Shown here: positions 17,167 through 26,700 of the stretch, one piece after another | Numbering within the stretch: the first letter of the stretch is position 1 | Layout of the letters: the number at the start of each line of letters is the position of its first letter | Assembly (NCBI GenBank): GCA_902775285.1 | Contig: CACYLI010000007.1 | Span: 5,533-69,532 of the forward strand | Direction of reading: 5' to 3' | Length of the DNA: 64,000 nt | Origin: an uncultured Erysipelotrichaceae bacterium | GTDB taxonomy: Bacteria; Bacillota_I; Bacilli_A; RF39; UBA660 | Program-made: the position numbers and the translations under genes | The notes under the pieces: generated by a model | What the model was told of the DNA's origin: nothing | Database searches by the model: none | Seen by the model: the letters and a program-made list of their open reading frames with translations, nothing else

Positions 17167-18536
17167 TGAATGATAAAAGAGTACACGGAAAAATACAAGA
17201 TCCAAATAAAAGAATAAATAATTTTGATGAAGTAGAACTTGGGTTTACTCATGAAGAAGCACTAATGGAAGCCAATAGATGTCTTCAATGTAAGAATCCT
17301 AGATGTGTAACAGGTTGTCCTGTAAATATAAGAATTCCTGAGTTTATCAAATGTATTAAGGAAGATAATGTTAAGGGCGCTTATGAAGTTATAAGTGAAG
17401 ATTCATCTCTTCCAAGTGTATGTGGTAGAGTTTGTCCTCAAGAACGTCAATGTGAAGGATCCTGTATAAAAGGAATTAAAGGTGATGCTATATCTATTGG
17501 TGCACTAGAAAGATATGTAGCAGATGAAGCTATTAAAAATGGTTATTTTGAAATAAAAGATGTTAAAAAGAATGGAAAAAAAGTAGCTATTGTTGGTAGT
17601 GGACCAGCTGGTATTACTTGTGCTAGTGAACTAGTTAAGAATGGATTTGATGTTACAATTTATGAAGTTTTACATAAAACTGGTGGAGTACTTACCTATG
17701 GAATACCTGAATTTAGATTACCTAAAGAAATAGTTAAAAAAGAAGTAGATAATTTAATACGCTTGGGAGTAAAAATTATAACTGATACTCCAGTAGGTAA
17801 TCAGTTTACAATAGAAGAATTAAGAAAAGAATACGATGCAGTTTTTCTTGCTACAGGTGCGGGAATTCCAAAATTTATGGGAATAGAAGGAGAAAATGCT
17901 AATCAAGTATTTTCTGCAAATGAAATACTTACTAGAGTTAATTTAATGGGAAGTTATAAAAGTGAAGCTAGTACTCCTGTAAAAAAAGGACATATTGCTT
18001 ATGTTATTGGTGGAGGAAATGTAGCGATGGATGCAGTTAGAACTCTAAGAAGACTTGGATATGAAGCACATTTAATGTATAGACGTGGTGAAGAAGAATT
18101 ACCTGCTAGACGTTTAGAAGTAAGTCATGCAAAAGAAGAAGGAGTAATATTTGATTTACTTAGAAATCCAGTTAAAATACTTACAGATGAAAATAATAAT
18201 GTAACTGGTATGGAAGTTATTAAAATGAGTCTTAGTGATGTAGGTAGTGATGGAAGAAAAAATATAGAGAAAATAGAAAATTCAAATTATAATGTAAAAT
18301 GTGATATGGTTGTTATGGCTCTTGGAACTCTTCCTAATCATGAAGCATTAAAAGAAAGTGATATAGAATTATCTGATAAAGGATTAATAGTTGTAGACAA
18401 CACTAAAACATCACTTGATAATGTTTATGCAGGAGGAGATGCTACTAGTGGAAGTGCCACAGTAATACTTGCTATGGAAGCTGGGAAAAACGCAGCTAAA
18501 GAAATAAAAAATAATTTATTAAATATTAAGGAGTAA
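17166..18536 (+). CDS. NADPH-dependent glutamate-synthase-beta-like oxidoreductase (NfnB/SudA-like)
   Basis: CLQCKNPRC and CPV Fe-S motifs, VGSGPAG and GGGNVAMD Rossmann motifs. ATGA overlap with the upstream subunit. Confidence 0.88.
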   Translation: MNDKRVHGKIQDPNKRINNFDEVELGFTHEEALMEANRCLQCKNPRCVTGCPVNIRIPEFIKCIKEDNVKGAYEVISEDSSLPSVCGRVCPQERQCEGSCIKGIKGDAISIGALERYVADEAIKNGYFEIKDVKKNGKKVAIVGSGPAGITCASELVKNGFDVTIYEVLHKTGGVLTYGIPEFRLPKEIVKKEVDNLIRLGVKIITDTPVGNQFTIEELRKEYDAVFLATGAGIPKFMGIEGENANQVFSANEILTRVNLMGSYKSEASTPVKKGHIAYVIGGGNVAMDAVRTLRRLGYEAHLMYRRGEEELPARRLEVSHAKEEGVIFDLLRNPVKILTDENNNVTGMEVIKMSLSDVGSDGRKNIEKIENSNYNVKCDMVVMALGTLPNHEALKESDIELSDKGLIVVDNTKTSLDNVYAGGDATSGSATVILAMEAGKNAAKEIKNNLLNIKE

Positions 18537-18549
18537 AACTCCTTTTTTT
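18528..18549 (+). terminator. terminator after the nfnB-like gene
   Basis: AAGGAGT-AAA-ACTCCTT followed by a T6 run. Confidence 0.7.
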
Positions 18550-18726
18550 AATTTTCATTTAATTTTGCACATATATAATGATAATAGAAAGGAAGATGAT
18601 GTTTATTAGAAAATAAGCTATTTAAATGAAGGTAATATTAAAATAATAAAAGAGGTGTTTATATAGATTAAATAAATAAAAGAATAAAAAATATGTTATT
18701 GAGGTGATTATATAGAGTAAAAAATA

Positions 18727-18756
18727 AAAGATAAACTTGTTGTTTATCTTTTTGTG
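18727..18756 (+). terminator. orphan terminator inside the 18.5-18.8 kb intergenic region
   Basis: AAAGATAAAC-TTGTT-GTTTATCTTT followed by TTG. No annotated gene ends here. Confidence 0.5.
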
Positions 18757-18788
18757 TTTTATAATAATTCTAGTAGAAGGGGATTATT

Positions 18789-19121
18789 ATGTTTAAAAAG
18801 AAACTAAAAGGATTTGAATTTGAACAAAAGTGTATTGTATCTAATATGATTAGTGTTGGTGGTTGGAAAGTAGGATATATGTATAGAGAAAAGCCTTCAA
18901 TAAAAGATGATAGTGGATGGAGATTTTTTAAAGGGAATGAAGATGAAAGTTTTACAGAAAACGCAGATAACTTTAGAATATTTACATTATCTTCTTTAAT
19001 AGATATGGATGATAGTGTAGTTGATTATTTACAAATGAATGAAGGTACATCTTTAATTAGAATAGAGAATAATAAATTTATAATTGATGATAAAGAAAAA
19101 GAGATATTTATGACTAAATAA
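18789..19121 (+). CDS. DUF2185/Imm33-like small protein (possible orphan polymorphic-toxin immunity protein)
   Basis: 110 aa. The pattern C.VS..I..GGWKVGYMYRE.P....DSGWRFF.G.ED matches the DUF2185 (Imm33) family as I recall it. Needs an HMM check. Confidence 0.55.
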   Translation: MFKKKLKGFEFEQKCIVSNMISVGGWKVGYMYREKPSIKDDSGWRFFKGNEDESFTENADNFRIFTLSSLIDMDDSVVDYLQMNEGTSLIRIENNKFIIDDKEKEIFMTK

Positions 19122-19137
19122 TAAAGGACGTGGAAGT

Positions 19138-21507
19138 ATGAAAAATGATTATAAAAGTGGTTTATCTAAAAGAGAAGTAGAAGAAAGAATTAGAAATGGA
19201 CAAGTTAATTATAATGATGCTCCAAAAACAAAGACAATTAAAGAAATTATTAGAGATAATGTTTTTACATATTTTAACTTTTTAAATCTTGCTTTAGGAC
19301 TTGCTGTTTTTATTTCTAGTTTAATAAATGGTCAAGCTTTAAATGGACTTAAGAATTGTTTATTTATGGGAGTAATAATAGTTAACTCTATTATTAGTAT
19401 AATTGAAGAAATAATATCTAAAAAGATAATTGATAAATTATCAGTAGTATCTGAATCAAAAGCTATTGTGATTAGAGATGGAGAAGAAGTTAAATTATCA
19501 CTTGAAGATATAGTTTTAGATGATATTATTAAATTATCTTTAGGACATCAAATCGTATCTGATAGTATAGTTTTAGATGGAGAACTTGAAGTTAATGAAT
19601 GTTTAATTACAGGAGAAAGTGACTCAATAAAGAAGAAAAAAGGTGATGAACTTTTAAGTGGATCATTTATTATTTCTGGTAATGCTTATGCAAAAGTAAT
19701 ACATGTTGGTAAAGATAATTATGTATCTAAAATAACAAATGAAGCTAAATATAAAAAAGATGTTAATTCTATAGTAATGGGATCTTTTACTAAAATGTTA
19801 AAAATACTATCTATACTAATTATTCCTATTGGTATAATTATGTTTATTAATCAATATATGGTTACTAAAGTAATATCTGAAAGTATATTTACAACAGTAG
19901 CATCATTAATTGGAATGATACCAGAAGGATTGATTTTATTAACTTCTTCTGTAATGGCTGTAGGAGTAATTAAACTTTATAGAGTAAATGTTCTTGTACA
20001 ACAATTATATGCAATTGAAATACTTGCAAGAGTAGATACTATTTGTTTGGATAAAACTGGTACTTTAACAGAAGGTACTATGGAATATAAAGATGTAATT
20101 GAAACTGAAAAATATAATAAAGAAGAGATAGAAAGATATTTAAGAAAATACACTTTGGCTAGTGAAGATAATAATCAAACTATGGATGCTTTAAAAAAAC
20201 ATTTTAAGGGAGATAAAGAAAATTGTAAAAACAAAATACCTTTTTCTTCAAGTAGAAAGTTTTCTTCAATAGAATTTGATGATTATTCGCTATATCTAGG
20301 TGCTCCAGATGTTGTATTACAAGATAGAGTAAGTGAAGAAGTAAATGCATATGTAGAAGACTATAGAGTACTTTGTCTTGGTATAAAAAAAGGAAAAATT
20401 GATGAAAGTTTAAAAGATATAGAATGTATTGGTTATATTCTAATTGAAGATGTTATTAGACCATCTGCTAAGCAAACTCTTGATTATTTTAGAGATAATA
20501 ATGTAGATGTTAAGATAATATCAGGAGATAATATTAAAACAGTTATGTCTATAGCTAGAAAAGTGGGTCTTGAAAATATTAAAGGACTTGATATTGGTCT
20601 TTTAAGTGATGAAGAATTAAGAGGAGTTATAGATGAATATCAAATATTTGGAAGATGTAAACCAGAACAAAAGAAGGTAATTATTAAATACTTAAAAAGT
20701 AAAGGTCATACAGTTGCCATGACAGGGGATGGAGTTAATGATGTTTTAGCATTAAAAGAAAGTGATTGCGCAATTTCAGTTAAATCAGGAAGTGATGCTG
20801 CAAGAAATGTAAGTCAATTAATACTTTTAGATGATGACTTTAATTCACTTCCTAAAGTAGTAGCAGAAGGTAGACAAACTATAAATAATGTTGAAAGAAG
20901 TGCTTCATTATTACTTGTAAAAACATTATTTACAATGATGTTAATAATATATAGTGTTATATCTTTTCAAAAATATTTCTTTATTCCAATACAACTTACG
21001 TTTATTACAGCATTTACTATTGGAGCTCCTTCATTTATACTAGCACTTGAACCAAATAGTGAATTAGTTAAAGGTAATTTCTTATTTAAAATATTTGCTA
21101 AAAGTTTACCTACAGCATTAATTGTATTATTTAATGTAATGTTAGTATCAGCTTTTTCAAAAATATTTAACATTAGTTATGAAATGCAAAGTACTATTAG
21201 TGTTATATTAACAACAATTACAGGTCTTTATTATTTATTTAAAATATGTCATCCTATTAATTTATATAGAGGATCATTGTTATTTGTAATGACTTGTGGA
21301 TTCTTATTTTGTGTGATTTTTGAACCAGAATTCTTTAATTTAGTTCCTTTAAATAAAATTAGTTTATTAATAACATTTGTACTTTCTTTAGATTCATTCT
21401 ATATTTATAAATTAATTAACTTTATAGTTACATTTATATTTAATAAATTTGATGATACTATAGAAGTTGAAAATAAATTTTATGATTATAAAAAGAAACG
21501 TTCTTAA
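19138..21507 (+). CDS. cation-translocating P-type ATPase (HAD-IC, Ca2+/Mg2+-type)
   Basis: TGESD, DKTGTLT and TGDGVNDVLALKESD motifs, with about 10 TM helices. Confidence 0.9.
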   Translation: MKNDYKSGLSKREVEERIRNGQVNYNDAPKTKTIKEIIRDNVFTYFNFLNLALGLAVFISSLINGQALNGLKNCLFMGVIIVNSIISIIEEIISKKIIDKLSVVSESKAIVIRDGEEVKLSLEDIVLDDIIKLSLGHQIVSDSIVLDGELEVNECLITGESDSIKKKKGDELLSGSFIISGNAYAKVIHVGKDNYVSKITNEAKYKKDVNSIVMGSFTKMLKILSILIIPIGIIMFINQYMVTKVISESIFTTVASLIGMIPEGLILLTSSVMAVGVIKLYRVNVLVQQLYAIEILARVDTICLDKTGTLTEGTMEYKDVIETEKYNKEEIERYLRKYTLASEDNNQTMDALKKHFKGDKENCKNKIPFSSSRKFSSIEFDDYSLYLGAPDVVLQDRVSEEVNAYVEDYRVLCLGIKKGKIDESLKDIECIGYILIEDVIRPSAKQTLDYFRDNNVDVKIISGDNIKTVMSIARKVGLENIKGLDIGLLSDEELRGVIDEYQIFGRCKPEQKKVIIKYLKSKGHTVAMTGDGVNDVLALKESDCAISVKSGSDAARNVSQLILLDDDFNSLPKVVAEGRQTINNVERSASLLLVKTLFTMMLIIYSVISFQKYFFIPIQLTFITAFTIGAPSFILALEPNSELVKGNFLFKIFAKSLPTALIVLFNVMLVSAFSKIFNISYEMQSTISVILTTITGLYYLFKICHPINLYRGSLLFVMTCGFLFCVIFEPEFFNLVPLNKISLLITFVLSLDSFYIYKLINFIVTFIFNKFDDTIEVENKFYDYKKKRS

Positions 21508-21525
21508 AAAATGTTTCTTTTTTAT
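21492..21525 (+). terminator. terminator after the P-type ATPase gene
   Basis: AAGAAAC-N13-GTTTCTT followed by TTTT. Confidence 0.45.
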
Positions 21526-21625
21526 TAAAATTATGTGTAATATTAAATATTGTATTATTATGTGATAGATTTTTATGTAGAGTAGGATAAGACTACAAAA
21601 GATAAGTATATAAGGAGGTAAACTT

Positions 21626-21970
21626 ATGAAGAAAAGAAAAATGGCTATTTTTATTGCAATACTTGTATTAGGTGTAGGATATGCGGCTGTTAGTAATGTA
21701 ACATTAAATTTAAATGGTACTAATATATCAAGTACTTGTTATAATAATGATTATTTGTTTATTTCGGGTTCAAATCAATGGACGATTAATAAATCTAATC
21801 AAGGAAATTCTGTAATATATATATCTAATGGAGGAAAAGCTGTTAGAGGTAATGCAACAAGTTCTTATTATTATAGACCTGCTGTATATTTGAAAAGTAC
21901 AATTAAAATTAAAACTTCTGGCGATGGTAATGGATCTATTAATCATCCTTATGAATTAAGTTCTGACTAA
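21626..21970 (+). CDS. small secreted protein sharing a C-terminal module with the pilin-like protein at 38803
   Basis: Signal peptide or anchor MKKRKMAIFIAILVLGVGYAAV. QWTINKS...VIYISNGG...YRPAVYLKS...GDGNGSINHPYEL aligns with FWTMSP...VIYFDKDG...VIPVISI...GKGTSNNPYIV. Confidence 0.6.
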   Translation: MKKRKMAIFIAILVLGVGYAAVSNVTLNLNGTNISSTCYNNDYLFISGSNQWTINKSNQGNSVIYISNGGKAVRGNATSSYYYRPAVYLKSTIKIKTSGDGNGSINHPYELSSD

Positions 21971-21980
21971 TCAAATTAAA

Positions 21981-22010
21981 TAAAATACTCTTTATGAGTA
22001 TTTTATTTTG
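21981..22010 (+). terminator. terminator after the 21626 gene
   Basis: AAAATACTC-TTTAT-GAGTATTTT followed by ATTTTG. Confidence 0.65.
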
Positions 22011-22019
22011 TGTTATAAT
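22011..22019 (+). promoter_or_regulatory. extended -10 element (TGtTATAAT) upstream of the DUF1003 gene
   Basis: TGTTATAAT lies directly after the upstream terminator, 24 nt before ATG 22043. Confidence 0.45.
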
Positions 22020-22042
22020 ATGTGTGTATCATGGAGGAACTT

Positions 22043-22573
22043 ATGGAAAATAAACAAACTGTAAATAAAAAAGATTTAGTAAAAAAATTATTAAAACAAG
22101 AAATAAGTATTGAAGATGAAAATGATTTAATAGAAATGCTTATAGATAAACCTATTACAATTGATGTTGATAAGCAAGAGGATAAATGTTTAACAAGAGG
22201 GGAAAAGCTAGCTGATAAATTATCAGAAGTAGCTGGTTCTTGGTCTTTTATAATTGGTTTTTCTTTATTTATTGTAATATGGATTATAATAAATTTAATT
22301 ATTATGAGAAATGCTATTGATCCATATCCATTTATTTTACTTAACTTATTATTATCATGTCTTGCATCATTACAGGCTCCAATTATTATGATGAGTCAAA
22401 ATAGACAAGCTAAAAAAGATAGTTTAAGAAATCAAAATGATTATCAAATTGATTTAAAAAGTGAACTTATATTAGAACGTTTACATGAAGAAATACAAGA
22501 AAGTTTAAGAAATGAGAGATTAATTATTAAATTGTTAAAAGGTGAAGAAGAAGAAAACAAAAAAGAAAAATAA
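22043..22573 (+). CDS. DUF1003-family membrane protein
   Basis: GSWSFIIGF...DPYPFILLNLLLSCLASLQAPIIMMSQNRQ is characteristic of the family. A GGAGG lies 5 nt before ATG 22043, so that start is preferred over the track's 22022. Confidence 0.8.
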   Translation: MENKQTVNKKDLVKKLLKQEISIEDENDLIEMLIDKPITIDVDKQEDKCLTRGEKLADKLSEVAGSWSFIIGFSLFIVIWIIINLIIMRNAIDPYPFILLNLLLSCLASLQAPIIMMSQNRQAKKDSLRNQNDYQIDLKSELILERLHEEIQESLRNERLIIKLLKGEEEENKKEK

Positions 22574-22587
22574 AAGGGTGAAGTTAT

Positions 22588-23604
22588 ATGTTATTTAGCA
22601 TAATAGTTTTAATCATTTTAATAATATTAAATGGAATATTTTCATCTAGTGAACTAGCATTTCTTTCGCTTAATAAGATTAAATTAAAAGAAGATATTAA
22701 AAAGAATAATAAAAAAGCAATCTTAATAGATAGAGTAATATCTAACTCTTCTTCATTTTTATCTACTATACAAATAGGTATCACACTTGCAGGTTTTTTA
22801 GCAAGTGCTTTTGCATCAGATTATTTTGCAGATTATTTTATGAAATATATTAATATAACATGTATTTCAAGTAGTATTATTAGAAGCATATTAGTTGTAT
22901 TAATAACAATAGTTCTTTCTTATTTTACTCTTATATTTGGTGAATTAGTACCTAAAAAAGTAGCTATTAACAATCCATATAAAATAGCAAAAAGATATGT
23001 TAAATTAATAAGTATAACTAAAATTATATTTAAACCTCTTGTTATTATTTTAACTAAATCTACAGAGTTTATTTGTAAACTATTTAATATACGTGAAAAC
23101 AATGAAAAATTAAGTGAAGAAGATATTAAAAAAATGATATTACTTGGTAAAGAAGAAGGAATTCTTGAAGAAAAAGAAAAAGAATATATTTTAAATATAT
23201 TTGATTTTAATGATATTAAAGTTGAAAAAGTAATGACTCCTAAAAAAGATGTTACTTTATTAAATGTAGATGATGATATAAAAAAGAATATCCTTATTAT
23301 AAAAGAAACAAAGTATTCTAGATATCCAGTATATAAAGATAACATAGATAATATTATTGGTGTTTTAAATGTAAAAGATTTAATTCTTGTTAAAAAAGAT
23401 AGTGAAGAAATAAATTTGAATGATTTAATTAGACCAATACATAAATTTAGATATAATAAGAAAATAGATGATGTTTTTAGATATATGCAAGAAGAAAATG
23501 AAAGTTTATGTGCAATATATAAAAATGATAAATTTATTGGAATAGTTACTGTAGAAGATGCTGTTGAAGAAATAGTTGGAAACATATATGATGAGTATGA
23601 TTAA
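22588..23604 (+). CDS. CNNM/DUF21 + CBS-pair membrane protein (TlyC/hemolysin-family, putative Mg2+/Co2+ transporter) lacking the CorC_HlyC tail
   Basis: N-terminal DUF21 helices (FSSSELAFLSL, GELVPK) followed by two CBS-like repeats. Confidence 0.8.
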   Translation: MLFSIIVLIILIILNGIFSSSELAFLSLNKIKLKEDIKKNNKKAILIDRVISNSSSFLSTIQIGITLAGFLASAFASDYFADYFMKYINITCISSSIIRSILVVLITIVLSYFTLIFGELVPKKVAINNPYKIAKRYVKLISITKIIFKPLVIILTKSTEFICKLFNIRENNEKLSEEDIKKMILLGKEEGILEEKEKEYILNIFDFNDIKVEKVMTPKKDVTLLNVDDDIKKNILIIKETKYSRYPVYKDNIDNIIGVLNVKDLILVKKDSEEINLNDLIRPIHKFRYNKKIDDVFRYMQEENESLCAIYKNDKFIGIVTVEDAVEEIVGNIYDEYD

Positions 23605-23627
23605 GATAACAATTGTTATCTTTTTTA
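23603..23627 (+). terminator. terminator after the CNNM/CBS gene
   Basis: AAGATAACA-AT-TGTTATCTT followed by TTTT. Confidence 0.6.
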
Positions 23628-23732
23628 ATATATTTTTTTTTAAAGAAATAAAAACTTATTATGAAGAAGATGATATGATTCCAGCTTATATTTATTCAAA
23701 ATATTTGTAAAGAAACAGATATGAAATATAAA

Positions 23733-23761
23733 TTGAAAAAGTAGTTTTTTTTTTATATAAT
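23733..23761 (+). promoter_or_regulatory. sigma-A-type promoter of the 1230-aa gene (TTGAAA-17-TATAAT) with a T10 tract in the spacer
   Basis: TTGAAA at 23733-38, T10 at 23745-54, TATAAT at 23756-61. AGGTG RBS, then ATG 23781. Confidence 0.55.
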
Positions 23762-23780
23762 TTATATAGTAGGTGATTAT

Positions 23781-26700
23781 ATGGCAGATGTGTATATTCC
23801 AAAAACAGCAGAGGAAAAAGTAGATTTTGTTTATGAATTCATGAAAGAAAATGAAAGCTTTTTTGGTAAGAGTGAATCATATAATGTAAAAGCTATTGAA
23901 ACAGAGGATGGAGTAGGAATAGTTGCTGAGTATAAAAGCCCTAATGGTACAGGAGTTAATTATTTATATATAAATCCCAAAACTGATTTTGAAAATATTA
24001 CAATGTTTGAAAATCCAATACCAGATTCTTGCTATAATGGTGATCGTCTTGTATCTTCTACGCCATATGGTACATATGGTAATAGACACAATAGAATATT
24101 AAAGGGAGATTTTTCAAGTGTTCCAGAAAATGCAATAATGATTCCTTCAAGTAAATATGAAACTGGTACAAGCAAAACAGTGTATAGTCCAGATGAAGTT
24201 GCGGTTGCTTTTATTAATAAAGTAGGAAATAAGCCTGAAATGATTGCCACTGTTGGATGTAGTAATGGTGGAGGTGGGTCTTTAAAATCAGGAATTTTTG
24301 AAGCATTAAATCATCCAGGTGTTAAAGTAGAAGCATGGGGATTAGATGGATATTATCAAGAATTTTATCCAGAAAAAATATTGGATTCTCTTAGTGAAGA
24401 AGAAATGGAAACGCTAAGAGAGAATTTAACTTTTGTAAATGTTATTCCAAATGAAAAATGTCAAGGCGGTATTGCTAATGGAAGGCCAAGATATAATTGG
24501 AAAAATGAACATGAAACAAGTCAAACAATGACAAAATATGTTTTGGAATTAGAAAAAAGAGGAATCAAAAATATTATATATACTGCTGATTTTGAAGGAG
24601 TACATGAAAACTGGCATGGAGCACATTTAGATATGTATCAATTTGGATCTAATTTGCCTGATTTTATGCTTCATAATACAGATGAAATCAAATGTAGTGG
24701 TGAATATGGAGTTATAGATGGAGCTTATACTTATGATGGAATTAGAAGAATATTAGTTCCTCTTGGTGTAAAAGATGATATATCTCAAAAAGTAGATTTT
24801 AGTAATATACCAGATTATTCTAAATCTTATATTAAATATGAAAATGAAATTGAATTATTAAATAATATTAGAGACAATTTAGAAATGTTTTCAAATTCTA
24901 ATATGGAAACAAAAGGAAGTGATAGTTTTCCTGGGATACTATTTAGTATGACTAATGGAGTTTCTTCTTCTAATGATTCATTTATTAGTAAAACAAAAGA
25001 AGAAACTAATGCACTTGCATCTGTAATAGGATCTTATATTATATTAGATAAAGAACTTGCAAGTGATGCTGATAATCTAAAAGATAATTTAGGTACTTCT
25101 TTATTTGACTATAATAGAGTCTCAGTAGAAGGGCCAACTTATACGCCATTAACTTTTTCTAATATAAATGGTGAGATAGATTTTAATGAGTTTAATAATA
25201 TGTTTAATGGTACATCTTTATGTGGACCAATCGCATCTTTTATAGGTGAAAATAAACAAAATATAACATCTTTAAAATCATCTTTAACAGCATTAATTGA
25301 TAGTGAATATTATTCTTCACCTGGGCTTGGTTATATAAAGTCTTCAATTGATAGATATTCTATTCTATGTGATTGTAATTTAGAATTATTAGATAGCATG
25401 GAGTCGTCTTTTACAAAAGCTCTAAAAAAAGTTTATGATGCGATGGATGGAAAGAGTATTGATTTAAGCATAGAAGATGAATTAAACGATAAGATATTAA
25501 AATGTACTCAAGATATAGATAATTTGATTGCCGCTAATAGTGAAAAAAGAACAGTTCTAGTAGCAACTCCAGTTACTATACCTGGAAAACAGATAATAGT
25601 TTATGTTCCTAAAAAAGAATATGTTTTATCAGAGTCAGCAAGAGCTGAAAATGAAAGAATAATTGAATCTAATAGAAAAGATATTGAAGATTTTAAAATA
25701 GAATTACAGAGAATTGCTGATGTAAAAGAAGCAATAAAAGAAGCTGAAGAATTAATGGATGATTTAAATATTGAAATCCAACAATATAATTCTAAAGTAG
25801 AACATTTAACCCCAACACCAACTTTAAGTTTATATGATGTTGAGAGATTAAAACGTGGGGAAAATCTTGGATTTAATCCAACTATATATGATGTAGGAGA
25901 TACTAGTAAACCAGAAATAATAGAAACAAATGAAGAAGAATCAAAAGTAGAGCCTTCTGTAACTCCTTCGCCATCTCCAACCCCAACACCAGCTCCTTCT
26001 CCAAAAGTAGAAGAACCATCGAATGTTTCAGAACCTATAGAAAAAGAGACTGAAAAAACTTCAACATCAAGTACAAGTAGTACAGGTTTTGGAAATGGTT
26101 TCTTAGCAGGATATAAGCCTGGAGAAGGAATGAGTGAAAGTAGAATTCCAACTTCTACTGAAAAAGAAGACACTCCACAAGTAGATATAGGTGATAGAGC
26201 ATCTCATGCATTTAGTGGGCCTGATTTTATAACATCTGCTTCTGGAGTACTTGGTAGTGTAGGTGCTACAGCTATAGGAGAAACTTTAAATAATTCTAAA
26301 AGTCCTCAAACAAAAGCTTCTGATACTGGATTTGGAAATAATTTCTTAGCTGGATCTAAACCTGAAATCACACCAAAAGAAGAAACTATTAGTTCTTCGC
26401 AAGTTGTTGAAACAGAAGAAAAACCACAAGTAGATATAGGTGATAGAGCATCTCACGCATTTAGTGGACCAGATTTTGAAAGTAATGATAATAAATCAAT
26501 ACCTGATTTAATAAAAGATTTATTTCCAACAAAAGATAAAGAAGATACATCAAAAGATAGTAATGATATCGGATTTGGAAACAATTTCTTAGCTGGATCT
26601 AAACCTGAAGTCAAATTAAAAGATGAAATACAAAGACCAGTAGTTGAGACGCAAAGGCCACAAGTAGACATAGGTGATAGAGGCTCACATGCATTTAGTG

